Positions 1-13,115 of a DNA stretch of 64,000 nucleotides are shown in pieces. The notes beneath the pieces are model-generated. The model made no database searches. It saw only the letters and a program-made list of their open reading frames with translations, and was not told the origin of the DNA. The position numbers and the translations under genes are program-made. Origin of the DNA: Octopus sinensis (Eukaryota); assembly GCF_006345805.1 (NCBI RefSeq), contig NC_043018.1, forward strand, positions 29,016,001-29,080,000, given 5' to 3'. Numbering within the stretch: the stretch's first letter is position 1; each line of letters opens with the position of its first letter.

Positions 1-106
1 TATCGTTTCATCTCCCACTCTTTGGTCGTTGTTCCGTTGTCTAATGATCGGCTACAGAAGAACAAAAAGAAAACAACAACAAAAAACAAAAAAAAAAAAA
101 TAAGTA

Positions 107-488
107 TCTCTCTATATATAAACGGCAGTTTGTCTGTGCGTGTTTCTGTGTGTCTGTTTGCTTGTACCATCACCTTGACCACGGCTTTCAACTGATTCTG
201 ATGAAACTTGACACACACATAGCCCAATGTCATAATTCAAAACTAACGCAGCGAAAATTTTGAAAAGTTCCCCCAGTTCTGAAAAATCGATAAATTCGAC
301 ATGGGGTCGAGAATCAGAAACACAAACCGCAAACTGTCTAGGGGACGCAACTCCACCTTTTTTAAGTAAAAAAAAAATTTACCATCATTTTTTTCCAATT
401 TTTTGGCTATTTTTTGGCTATAACTCTCTAAAAATGCTTTATAGTTATTTCCCTTACAAACCTGAGCAACGCCGGGCGATACTGCTAG
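107..488 (+). mobile_element. Non-autonomous Helitron-like element, copy 1
   Basis: A|TC 5' end, CTAG|T 3' end, subterminal hairpin cctgagcaacgccggg, no TSD; a closely similar inverted copy lies at 41169-41552. Confidence 0.8.
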
Positions 489-509
489 TCAATGATAAAC
501 ATAAACGCA

Positions 510-705
510 AGGCTGCGAACTGGCAGAATTGTTAGCACGCCGGCACTTCGTGCATCTTTATGCCGTAGGTTCAAATTCCGCTATCGTCATCTTTGTCTTT
601 CAGCCTTTCAGGGTTGATAAAATAAGTACCATTTCAACACCGGGAACGAAGCAATCGACTTATCCCTTCCCCGAAACTGCAGACCTTGTGCCAAAATTTG
701 AAATG
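510..705 (+). mobile_element. SINE family B, degenerate copy
   Basis: ctggcagaattgttagcacgcc...ggttcaaattccgc...gataaaataagtacc...ccttgtgccaaaatttgaaa; matches many other copies in the window. Confidence 0.75.
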
Positions 706-1317
706 AATAATATACATAAATGATAATAAAAATCATACGTGTTATCAGCCAATACACTCAAGTTTTCACCGTCCACTGAACTATTAATCGTTGCACTTCA
801 ATAGTTCCATGAGATATAAAGAGATTTTAGAAATTGCTAACAAGATGACAGTTTCTACCCGAATAAAGCCAGTTAATGGTAACATTCACATTGTATACAT
901 TTTATACATCTGATTGGTTTTTGTGATTTCGCGTCAGTTTTTTGTTCATGTTTTCGCATAGTTATTACCAAATATGAGAACATACTACAAAAGGAGTTAT
1001 ATACATCAAATTATTCTGGTGAATTCCGGCGTGAATAAATTAGTAAAAAAACAAAACTAAAAGCTTGTACGTACAAGCACAAGTAGTATGTACTTACCTC
1101 ACTCTCTTTTTATGTATATATATATATACAGGTGTGTGAGTGTGGAAGGGGTTGTGTGTTAGTATGTATGCATGCATAGATCATTGACAACAATTCGGCC
1201 CAAAACCCAGATTTACTCTTCAGCTTTAAAGTCTAAGAAATACCGATTATCTCACGACACACCTGGAATCTCACCAAAACCTCACCTACACCAGTGCAGC
1301 TATTAAACTCACACACA

Positions 1318-1369
<52 letters not shown>

Positions 1370-1759
1370 ACACACATATATATATATATATACACATTCA
1401 CACTCACACATCCACACAGGTAAACAGCCAAGAAAGACATATACAATATATGGTCAGTAAATACTAGAACCTCGAGCAGTTAATTGATCTGGAGTCATGT
1501 CCTATATTAAAATATTTTAAGAACATATTAAGGATGTCATTACAAACATACATGCGCACGCGCAGACTCACACACGCACGTACACAAGCGCCATTGCCCA
1601 TTGCCTCTGAGAGGAATCGTTTTTCTACCAGACACTTCTAGCACAATTTTTGCCAGTTCTTTCATCTTTCTGTATTATTTTATGAAAATCCTGGAGCAAA
1701 ACCATACGATACAATTTTATTAAGTTTTAAAACTATAGACGTGTGTGTGTATATATAAA

Positions 1760-2030
1760 CCGGTACATATTCACACGTGCATCTGCATTAGCCACTACAC
1801 ACATTTATTCTCTCCTTTTTTCTCTCCTTTTTTCTCTCCTCTTTTTTCTCCCCATTTCTTCTCTCCTTGTTTCTCTCCTTGTTTTTTTTTCTGTGTCCCT
1901 TTCTGTAGAAGAGCGTAGGCTCGAAACGTAAAATACTTTTTCTATTCCTGAGCGTTATACTAATACATCTGTATGTTTTGTACACCACCTGTCTTCGTCT
2001 TTTGCTTTTTTCGTAAACTCTCCCTATATA
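1760..2030 (+). mobile_element. Short Penelope-like non-coding relic with degenerate hammerhead-like motif (1900-1933)
   Basis: ttt CTGTAGA a gagc-gtag-gctc GAAACGTA aaa; A6 is replaced by U; flanked by (AT)n. Confidence 0.45.
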
Positions 2031-2633
2031 TATATATAATTCTAGACAAGTATATCATATCTTGGTGTGTGCATGTATGTATATCTTCACGCACATATAA
2101 TATTAGTTTGGAAAGGAATTCCTGGCGCATAGGAAAGAAATAAATGTTTCTTTGCTCATAATATATGTAATCAAGACAATATTCCCTCCCATTATCGAAA
2201 ATATAATCGACTCTACATGGCAAATCGTTGATCCTTCAGGTATAAAATTGTTTAGGAATCGAAGCAAAGAAACAGTAAACATTGCTTTTAACCCCTTCAC
2301 AAATTATAAAGTATTTCCTCTGTAAATAATGTTGCAGCGAAGTGAAAAGATGATTGCGAAATGGAGAACGGTCGGGAGAGGTATGAAGTAAAACTTGCAT
2401 GTTCAGCGTCGTAAAGTTTAATTTTCAGTGACTAGAGCAATATATGGTCTTGACAAGCCACTACAATTAACAAATGATGGGGGTTTTTTTCAGCAATTTT
2501 TGTTCAATGATTCCAACAGACGAACGTAAATCCCCTCATTAAATCTTCCATTTCGGTTTAATACTTCATGATTCATAAAACTCTTCCTAACCTTCCAAAC
2601 ACACAGTGCAAATTACCAGATGTGATCGTGGTG

Positions 2634-2673
<40 letters not shown>

Positions 2674-3019
2674 TATATATATAATAATTTCCCAAGTATT
2701 ACGTTGAGTTTCCTTCACAGGAACCCTTTTCTATTTATCAGAATCTCGTGAATGCCCTGTCTGTTTCAGTGAGAAACTGTATAAGCCATCAAATTTCAGT
2801 ATCCTTTTATGAATATACGACCAATCATATTTTTGACATCTGAGGTACGTTCTGTTAATGAAATTCAAACTATTGGTCGTTGATAACCCAGATATAGGAC
2901 CCAGCTTCTAGTTGAACCACGAGATATAAGCGAGTATATATATATATTCCCTGCCACCTCACAAACTGCTGTTAATCATTCAGTCACTCTATTTGTCTGT
3001 TTGTCTGTCTATCTATATG

Positions 3020-3023
3020 TGTG

Positions 3024-3066
<43 letters not shown>

Positions 3067-3097
3067 TATTATATATTATATATATATACATACATAC

Positions 3098-3129
<32 letters not shown>

Positions 3130-3151
3130 ATATAATAATAAAATAATAATA

Positions 3152-3189
<38 letters not shown>

Positions 3190-3334
3190 TAATAATAATA
3201 ATAATAATAATAAAATAATAATAATAATATAGTAATAATAATAATAATAGTATAATAATAAAATAATAATAATAATAATATAATAATAATAATATAATAA
3301 TAATAAAATAATAATAATAATAATAATAATAATA

Positions 3335-3380
<46 letters not shown>
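3020..3380. repeat. Compound (AT)n/(GT)n/(TAA)n microsatellite
   Basis: Direct reading. Confidence 0.95.
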
Positions 3381-3381
<1 letters not shown>

Positions 3382-3675
3382 CGATAAGAAGCCGAAAGGG
3401 TATGCTCCCACTTTCAGTGTTTTCAAATCCAAACCAAGGAGTTCTGAGCTGATGATAGAAATGTCGAGTTGACTAATCTTGAAACGTACGTTCTCAAATA
3501 ACCTTTGCATTTGATTTTTTAATGTCTTTACCCCCATACTTTCGTGAGTTGAATTGAGCAAACACTATATGAGAGAGATTTTCTTTAAGTATTAGAAATA
3601 GTTTTAAAAAAGTTTTTTTTAGCTACTATTTCTAATGAGTTCAGTATGTGGCAAAGTAATTTATTTTACTAAGCC

Positions 3676-3744
<69 letters not shown>

Positions 3745-3907
3745 TAACCTTCGAAACACGAAGTAGATAAAACAGGGGACAACTGATGAAGGCCTTTCTC
3801 CATGTTTCTTTCGTTGTTCGAAAACAGTTCGTTTTCTATGAATTTTGATTTTTTCTGTTCTCGTTTCATTTTTTTCAGGTTTGTTGACGTCCTGTACCCA
3901 TATTGCA

Positions 3908-4031
3908 TGTATATATATATATATTATATATATATATATCTATATATATATATATATAATATATATATATATATAATATATATATATATTATTATCATTA
4001 TTATCATTATTATTATTATATTATTATTATA

Positions 4032-4083
<52 letters not shown>

Positions 4084-4137
4084 TATTATTATTATTATAT
4101 AATCGAACGCCACCTATCCATTTCTAAGTAAGTTTTG

Positions 4138-4224
<87 letters not shown>

Positions 4225-4225
4225 G

Positions 4226-4309
<84 letters not shown>
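3908..4309. repeat. (AT)n, (ATT)n and pure (ATCT)n tract (4137-4309) abutting the LINE 5' end
   Basis: Direct reading. Confidence 0.95.
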
Positions 4310-4506
4310 CGGACGTGCTGTCACTTCGGCTCCGAAGGTAATCGTTTATTTTGACAATTTATAGCCCATATTTTGTGTACATTTTTGTAAATAAGGTGTG
4401 TAAGGCACCCAACTTTCGTTTGAGTGCTTTTCCAAGGGAGGAATTCGCCCCTAGGGGCAGTTTCAACCCTATTTAATTTGTGTAATTTTTTCACGACATT
4501 TCGAAA

Positions 4507-6731
4507 ATGTCGAGAAATTGTATTGTAGAACGCTGGTCGCGTTCCTTTATGGACCAACATTCTCCTAGTCTGGAAACGCTAGGAGAAGACAAAAAGAACT
4601 CATGCACGCAAAGTGCAAGCCTGAATGACGTGGCAGTGAACGCTGCAACCACTTGCGATAACAGCACTGTCACCACCACCACTAACAACAACACCAACAA
4701 GACTACTACTGCCACCACCACCGCCTCCACCACCACCACCGCCTCCACCACCACCACCACCACCACCGCCACCTCATCCACTACCTCAACTACCAACAAC
4801 AACAACAATAACAATGACAACAAGAATAACAACAATTGCGCCACAATTTCGACATCTGCTGCCACGGCTGTCTCTTCTGCCACTGACACCACCGCCAACA
4901 CAAACAACAAAACAACAATTCCGTTCAGACCTTGTTTCCTCCAACAACAAAAACTGAAGGGAATAAACAAAAAACTGTGACCACCAAACAAATTGACAAA
5001 AGCTGCTTGAATACAGGGATAAACTATGCAAGTAATTTTCCACCCCTTCCTACTTGCACAATCAAACCAAATACACCGATTTTACCAACTGCAGCCAACA
5101 ATAACATCACCACCAGCAACAACAATAACAAAACAACAACAAATTTCGCCGAGACGATAAAAGAAAAAAGACAACAGTACATGTTACTGCACAACAAATA
5201 AAAGACACGGACATTTTAATAACGGAAGTAGATGGTATAGTAAAAATAAACATACCACAAGAAATATTAGAAAATGAAAAAAAAGAACAATTATATATAA
5301 AATAATTAATAAGAAAACAAAAAGTCCAGAGAAGGCTAACACAAGCAAAATCGAAAAATGCTTGAAACCCATCTGGAACTACAAAGAGTATGTGACCTGG
5401 TGGAACAAGTTCGCACACATACAAGTGGTCTTCCACACTGAAGATTTAGCAAGACGTTTCTCAACGCTAACTCTTCATTCAGATGAACTGCAACTAACAC
5501 CAAGCTATCGTGGACAGAAAGTGACTAAGATCACATTAAACAATGTCCCAAAAATAGCGAACAATCTATGGCTAGTAAAGGCCTTATGTGTGAAAATGGA
5601 AGATTTCACAATTTTAGGAACTACAGTCACGGAGCACAAAAACTAGGTGGGAAAAAAAGTAGAATTTCTACTACACATCAACCAGGATGATATCAAGAAA
5701 ATACCCACCCAGATATGTGTATCAGAAGACCACAAGTTGTATGTGGTCGTCGATGGCAGAAGACTACGTTGCTACATATGCGGCAGTGAGCAACACCTAA
5801 AAAAAGACTGCAAATATGCCGCAAGAAAACTACAGCAACGACGACAGCAGCCGGAAAAAACAAAAAAGCCAGCTTTACTACCCACACCACAAATTGTACA
5901 AACAGGACTAATCACAGAAAATAAAAAAACAAACCTCACCAACCAAACAACCACACCAACTGCACCAAGAACAGAAGCAACACCACCAACAACAACAACC
6001 AAGAATAAACCAACTCCCAAACCAAGGACATCTGCCAAAAAGACACTCATCGAAAATGAAGAAACAATTACTACTCCAAATCCCCACAAAATTGACACCC
6101 CAAACAACACAACAATACCTACAATCACTCAAACACAAAATACCCACACCCCACCTCCAAAACCGCATACACCACAACCTAACGCTCACCAACCAACACC
6201 AACAACAAAATCAACACAGTCTACAATAGACCCCAATATTTTCCCTCTCCCAAGCTCTGATTCCTCTGATTTGTCATTAGACGAAGAATACACAGAAGAT
6301 TGGCAAATAACCACAGGGGGAGAAGAAAAAGGGTAAAAAAAGAAAAGAAAAGATAACAAACAAAGCAGGAAGATACACCACTCCCGAAACAAAAACATCC
6401 ACAGAAAACAAACACATCAACACAAACACACCATCATCAAACCCCCCAACAATGTTGACAGCCATGAACACAAACAACCACGACCTAATGGAACACATTA
6501 GGTCAAACACCAACATAACTGAAAACGACATAAAAACAAATAACCACCCATGCACAACACCACCACAACACATTAAAATAATACACGTAACACAAAACAC
6601 ATAGAGCACCCTGAAATCTCTTTACCCTGATGCAGTAGGGAGATTTCAAAAATATTCATCCAAGAAACTATACAAAAACCTCATGGAATAAGACTGTGAG
6701 GTGAAAAACAAAGGACTTTCGAACAAGTAAC
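4507..6731 (+). pseudogene. Tx1-like ORF1 (gag-like, zinc knuckle), disrupted
   Basis: Pieces 4507-4980, 4932-5201, 5362-5646 and 5647-6336; CYICGSEQHLKKDC = C-X2-C-X4-H-X4-C; Thr/Asn/Pro-rich flanks; stops and frameshifts. Ends approximate. Confidence 0.8.
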
Positions 6732-6797
6732 CTTTTCTCTCTCTCTTTCCTTTTTTGCACTTTCTTTTCGTGTGTAAAACACAATTTTTATCGGAAC

Positions 6798-9700
6798 ATG
6801 CTCAGAATAGGCAGTATAAATGTACGTGGCTTGGGGTCGCCTTGGAAACAAGGCTACCTGTTAAATGACATCAAGTCACTAAATCTGAATATCATAGCCA
6901 TCAGTGAGACCAGACTACACAGCTCGCGGGCACTCCAGCACAGTTTCGGTACACATTTCAACACTTATTTTTCTCCGTGTCTACCGAGAATGGGCGGAGG
7001 TGGCACCGCGGTGCTTCTCCTGAAGAGTCTGGATCTCAAAGTAAGAGCAATTTTCCTAGACTGGTCGTTTTGGATATCGATGGCAGCAATGAGTGTGCTT
7101 TTCGACTGATAGCAGTTTATGCTCCGTCCTTAACAGGCCGACTAGATTTCTTTCGACGTCTAGAGTCTTTCATGGGAACGTCTCGTCCTTTACTTTTAGT
7201 GGGGGGATTGGAATTCCACCCTGCACACGCATCTAGACTACGTGAGCAGAGATAGCAATAGAAGGGGATGCAAATGCCTCAAAGACCTGCTCAGACGTTT
7301 CCAACTGTCTGACAGGTACCGACTGGACCACCCGAATGTGCCAATGTGGACATGGAGTAACCGCATCGGGTCGTCCAGATCATACTTAGATAGAGTATTC
7401 TGTAGAACAATAGATAAAAATAGTGTAGGTTGTCCACAATTTCATATAGTCAGTTACACAGATCACAAGTTTGTGACTTGTACACTTGACTTAGATAAGA
7501 CACATAGGCAGGGTCCTGGTTACTGGAAACTGAACGCGTCTTTTACAGCACGACAGGTTTACAGGGACCGGATCAGCACATTAGTTAAGAGAGCGTTGAC
7601 GGGTACCATCATCAACAACAGATGGTGGTATGCCCTAAAAAAAGCAATTAAAGCAGAATCGGTCAGATACAGTAAAGCCCTAGCATTAGACCGAAATAGA
7701 ATAGAGGGAGAATTAGTTAAGGTTTTAGAAGAGGCACTTAGAACTGGCATCGCGTCCAACGTGCTGGCGGCGAGATTGGCCCTCGACCAACACCTGAACG
7801 CCAAACACGAGGGATGCGTTGTCAGAGCTAGGATGCGTGCTCTGAGGAACGAAGGAGTTGGAGCCGCCCAAGAGGCCCGTTTGGTGGAGGTGCAACGAGG
7901 CAACAGAGCCACCATCAAGTCTCTTATAAATGAACAGGGGCGCGAATTGCTCGAGCCTAAAAGGATGTGTGGGGCTTTTCAACAACACTTCATCCAACTG
8001 TTTGGGACAAGTGGTGGGTCAGAATGCAGAGTGGACTTTAGTGCCTACCTGCATGCCTTTCCACGACTCTCAGCAAGAGAGGTGGAGTCTTGTGAAAGGC
8101 CTATCACAGCGGCGGACGTACAGGATGCGATGGGGGCGCTGCGCGAGAGACAAGTCACCAGGCTTGGATGGTCTGCCCTACGAACTTTATTGTCATATGC
8201 CAGACTTGTTTGGAGGCGTCTTGGCAGCTGTCTACTGCAACTGGCAGCAAAACGGGAGTATTCCTGCTTTTGTAAAGCGAGGAGCAGTGGCACTGATTAA
8301 GAAAGACCCAAACAAGGGGGACGTCATAGATAATTTCAGGCCCATCACTCTGCTCAACGCAGATTTGAAAATTTTGGCCAAGGTGTTAGCCGAGAGGTTG
8401 GCGCTTGTCATCAAGAAACTAATCGACAAGGCGCAAACATGCGCCGTGCCGGATAGAAGTATTCATGACAGCCTCCATAATGATGCGCTACATCATAGAC
8501 AGGGTAGTTAAGAATCCTGGCATGGGTGGGGCGCTGATCAATTTGGATCAATCAAAAGCTTTCGATAGGGTAGACCATCACTACTTCGAGGCTGTCCTTA
8601 AAGCGGCTGGTTTCGGTCCAGTTTTCCGCGGTTGGATCGCTGCCTTATACAGCGGCATCCGCTCAGTAGTTCGCGTAAATGGTCATCTATCTAGACCTTT
8701 TAACATCATGCGTTCGGTTCGTCAGGGATGCCCCCTCTCATCGCTGCTGTATGTATTGACTCTTGAGCCACTACTGCGGAAACTGGCGACGCTGAGGGGC
8801 ATCCCACGAGAGCTGGGATGCGGGAGGAGCGTGTCTGCATACGCAGATGACGTCACCGTCATAGTGTCGAGCTACGAGCACGTCGAGCTACGAGCACATC
8901 GAGCTGGTCGGCGAGACACTAAAAGAATACGAAGCGGTAACGGGAGAAAAAATTAACCGGGAAAAGTCAGTGAGCTTGCGGCTCGGCACCTGGAGAGGCA
9001 GGCCCATGCCGTCCAACAGCGTCTCCATCGTGGGACGCTGGACGGACGGACCGGTTAAATTGCTCGGGGTCTGGTTCGGTCCGGACCTCCAAATGGAGAA
9101 GAACTGGGGCGAGATAACGACTAGGGTGGCTACTCTCACCCAGAAATGGGCTGAGAGAAGGCTATCCCTGAAAGGTCGGGCGGAGGTGGCGAACGCGTAC
9201 ATCGCATCCGTCATCGACTATCGTCTGACCGTTGTGCCTTGTCCCGACCCTACCATCACCAAACTGGAACGTATACTCTTCCGCTTCTTGTGGAAGGGAA
9301 ACGTTCCGATGGTTAGGCGATCCATTTGCTGTCAACACCCGCTAAATGGAAGGCTGGGCATGCCGTGGTTGATGATGCGCAGACATGCGCTGAGACTGCG
9401 ACATCTCCGGCGCTTCATAGACAACGCTGAACAGGTGTGGTCGCCTTTTGTGCGGCGCGCTTTACCGCAGCTCGTCTCCTTGGACGAACTACAGTCATGG
9501 ATCAAGCAGGGACCGAGGCTAGGCGAATGGCACCGCGAGTGTCGCGTTGCTCTCAAGCAACTCTGCCGTCCGGGATCGAATTTGTGCGACTCCATCACAA
9601 CAAAGACATTCTATAGAGGATTAGTGGAGGGGAGCTGCGACGACGAACTCGGGCAGAGTCTGGGCGTCGACGAGGAACACCTGACCCGCCTGTTCAGGAC

Positions 9701-10241
9701 AACTTTCGGGCCGGGACCTATGAATAATCACCAAAGATCCCTGGCCTGGCAGTGCTATCGAGAAGCATTACCTGTTCGTGTTAAGCTCTACAGACACGGA
9801 TCCAGACACACTGGACCGACTTGCCCGAGATGCGGTCAGAGCGACGAAACCGTTCTGCACGCACTCGTGCAATGTCCAACCATTTCAGACCTGTGGGCTT
9901 ATGCCGAACGGCTGCTGTCACGTGTGGGACGTATCCGCCTATCGGCCGAGTCTATCGTGGGAGTTGTTCCGCCCCCTTCCCTCAACCGGGAAGGCAAGGC
10001 AGTTTTCATCGTACTGGTGGCCATGGTGAAAGAATGTGTGTGGTGGACCCGAGCGAAAGAATTAGAGACAAACACTTACCTCTCTGGCCAATCGCTCATC
10101 AACTTTTTCAAGTACCACTTGAAAAGGAAGGTGAGAATGGAGAGGGAAGTTTTGTCTCGCGAAAGATTCAAAAAAAGATGGGTGAATGTTGCAAAGATGG
10201 TGCGTGCGAGCGACGAAACCATTTTGAGCATGATCTTGTAG
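6798..10241 (+). pseudogene. Tx1-like ORF2 (AP endonuclease, reverse transcriptase, C-terminal CCHC), frameshifted
   Basis: GSINVRGL, ISET, YLDR, TDH (APE); KSPGLDG, FRPITLLNAD.KI, DQSKAFDRV, RQGCPLS, YADD at 8840 (RT); CPRC-X8-H-X4-C. About five frameshifts, including a 16-nt tandem duplication at 8866-8897. Confidence 0.93.
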
Positions 10242-10580
10242 ATCGTAAAAAAGAAAGAGAGAGAGCATTTTGCTCTCATGTGGTTATTTCCTCCCTGACT
10301 GAGGTTCCCGTGGTCTTTTCTGTAGGCTTTTCTTCCCACGGATGAGCCCAATCTTGTTTTATCAATGTTTTTATCATTGTTTCTGTGATACACGATTTCT
10401 TTTCTTTCTTTTTTTCCTCCTCTCGATCCCTTTTGATCGCAATCTTACATTTATTTTCTTTTTTTCCACCCTCGAAAAGAAAAGCTCTACATTTGGTTTT
10501 GTCCCCTCTGTATTCAGCCCTGTGTGGCTAATAAAAGAAAGTTATCTATCTATATATATATCTATCTATCTCTCTATCTA

Positions 10581-10614
<34 letters not shown>

Positions 10615-10854
10615 ACCGTCTATTCACACTCCTTTATATAATTGTATGTGTGTGAGTTGCGTGAATGTGTTTGCGTGTGTATTTGTTTGCGTGGGTATGT
10701 GTTTGCGCGTGTGTGTTTACGTGTTTGTGTGTGTGTATTCATAAACATAAACATATATACCCACATGCATTAGGCTTATAAGTGCCATGCATGTAACTCC
10801 AGACAAATGAAACCATTATGTAGTTTCACAGTTAAATAATATATATACATAAAC

Positions 10855-10888
<34 letters not shown>

Positions 10889-11408
10889 GTTTATGTATTT
10901 GTATATATATTTATGTATGTGCATGTAATGTATTTATGTATGTATGTACATCTATACACAGACACACACAATAGCGTGTTGTTAAGGGACATTATAATGT
11001 TGTACACATTCAGTGTTTACTGTTCAACCAACCAGCTGAAATAACTTACTTTGAATACCCAAAGGTCGATATTAACGGCTTCGATAAATCATGCAATATA
11101 AAAGATGATAGATTCTCAGCTGTAAATACATATTTCTTGGATAAAATCGTAAAACACTTTTATACATAAAACATGCACACGCAGAAACATGCCCACACAC
11201 ATTAACGCAAACAAACGAAGTTATATGTGTACATATATACATACATACATACATAAATACAAATAAATAAACAGATAAATAGATAGATAGATAGATTGAT
11301 GGATAGATGGATAGATGGATAGATAGATAGACATATATATATATATATAAATGATAGATGGATAGAGAGATAGATAGATAGATGGATATATAGATAGATA
11401 GATAGATA

Positions 11409-12948
11409 TGTTTCTTTATTAGCCACACAGGGCTGCACACAGACAGAACAAATTACAAGGTAGAGCTTTTCTTTTGGGGGTAAAAAAATGGGGGTTGGTT
11501 TTCGATCAAAAGGGATCGTAAAAGGAAAGAAAGAGGACAAAAAAACGGGAGGATTTAAAAAAAGGGGGGGAGAGGAAGAAAAAAGTTGATCAATAGGGAT
11601 CGTAATCACAGAAATGTCAATATGAAGTGTAAAGGGGAGGACAGGTGAGGTTTACCCGTGGAAAGAAAAGCCTACGGAAAAGACCACGGTAACCTCGGTC
11701 AATGAAGTCACATGTTATATTTCTTTTTTTTTTTGCAAATAAGCAACTCTCTGTATTAATTTTTACGGTTCATAGAATCATAGTAAAGGTGGCTTCGTCG
11801 TTCATACGTGCCATCCTTGCTACATTCACCCATCTTTTTTTAAAGCATTCACTAGACAAAACTTGCCTCTCTACTCTCATTTTCCTCTTCAAGTGATACT
11901 TGAAGAAGTTGATGAGAGATTGACCAGAGAGGAAAGTGTTTGTCTCTAATCCTTTCAGACGCGTCCACCAGATACATTCTTTCGCCATAGCCACAGTATG
12001 ATAAAAATAGCTCTTCCTTCCGTTTGAAGGAAGGAGGGCGTGGAAGATATTAACGATAGACTCGGCTGATAAACCGACACGTCCCACACGTGACAGCAGT
12101 CGTTCGAAAAAGCCCACAGGTCGGAAATTGCTGGACACTGCACGATTGCGTGCAGAGGTTTCGTCGCTCTGCCCGCATCTCGGGCAGGTTGGCCCCGTGT
12201 TTCTCGAGCCATGCTTATAGAGCTTATCCTGAACGGGTAGCGCCTTCTCGGTAGCACCGCCAGGCCATCGATCTCTGGAAGTTGTCCATAGGTCCCGGGC
12301 CGAAAGTCGTTGATTGAAGAGGCGGGTCAGGTATTCTTCGTCGACGCCCAGGTTGCCCCGAGATCGTCGTCGTACCTCCCCTCCACTAATCCCCTATAGA
12401 ATGCTTTGGTTGTGTTGAAGTCACTCAAAATCGACCGGGACGGCAGAGTTGCTTGAGAGCAACGCGACACTCGCGGTGCCATTCACCCTTCCTCGGCCTC
12501 TTTTTGATCCACGACTGCAGTTCGGTCATGGAGACGAGTGCGGGAATGCGTGCCTCACAAACGGCGACCACACCTGTTCACCGTCGTCTACATAGAGCCG
12601 GAGATGTCGCAGTCTCAGCGCGTGTCTGCGCATCATCAACCACGGCATGCCAGCCCTCCTTTTAACGGGTGTTGACAGCAAATGGATCGCCTGACAATCG
12701 GGACGCATCCTTTCCACAAGAAGCGGAAGAGAATGCGTTCTAGTTTGGTGATGGTAGGGTCGGGACAAGGTACGACGGTCAGGCGGTAGTAGATGACGGA
12801 CGCGATGTACGTGTTCGCCTCCTCCGCCCGACCTTTTAGGACAGTTTCCTCTCGGCCCATTGCTGGGCGAGAGTGACCACCCTACTCGTATCTCGTTCCA
12901 GTTCTTCTCCATTTGGAGGTCCGGACCGAACCAGACCCCGAGCAACTC
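11409..12948 (-). mobile_element. 5'-truncated Tx1-like LINE, related subfamily, copy A
   Basis: ORF2 C-terminal homology to 8970-10241 with many 1-nt indels; 3' end agccctgtgtggctaataaag; (GATA)n on both sides. Confidence 0.92.
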
Positions 12949-12992
<44 letters not shown>

Positions 12993-13115
12993 GATAGATA
13001 GATTGATGGATAGATGGATAGATGGATAGATAGATAGACATATATATATATATATAAATGATAGATGGATAGAGAGATAGATAGATAGATGGATATATAG
13101 ATAGATAGATAGAGA

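Larger units (their letters stand above)
4310..10542 (+). mobile_element. Full-length Tx1/L1-clade non-LTR retrotransposon inserted in (ATCT)n
   Basis: 5' UTR, ORF1 with CCHC knuckle, ORF2 with APE-RT-CCHC, pyrimidine-rich 3' UTR ending agcc-ctgtgt-ggct AATAAA; (ATCT) repeats on both sides. Confidence 0.93.

Noticed and set aside
3740-3910. CTGATGA and CGAAAC motifs close together (also CTGAAGA near 58554)
   Set aside because: The order and pairing do not give a complete hammerhead; at most decayed Penelope-like relics.
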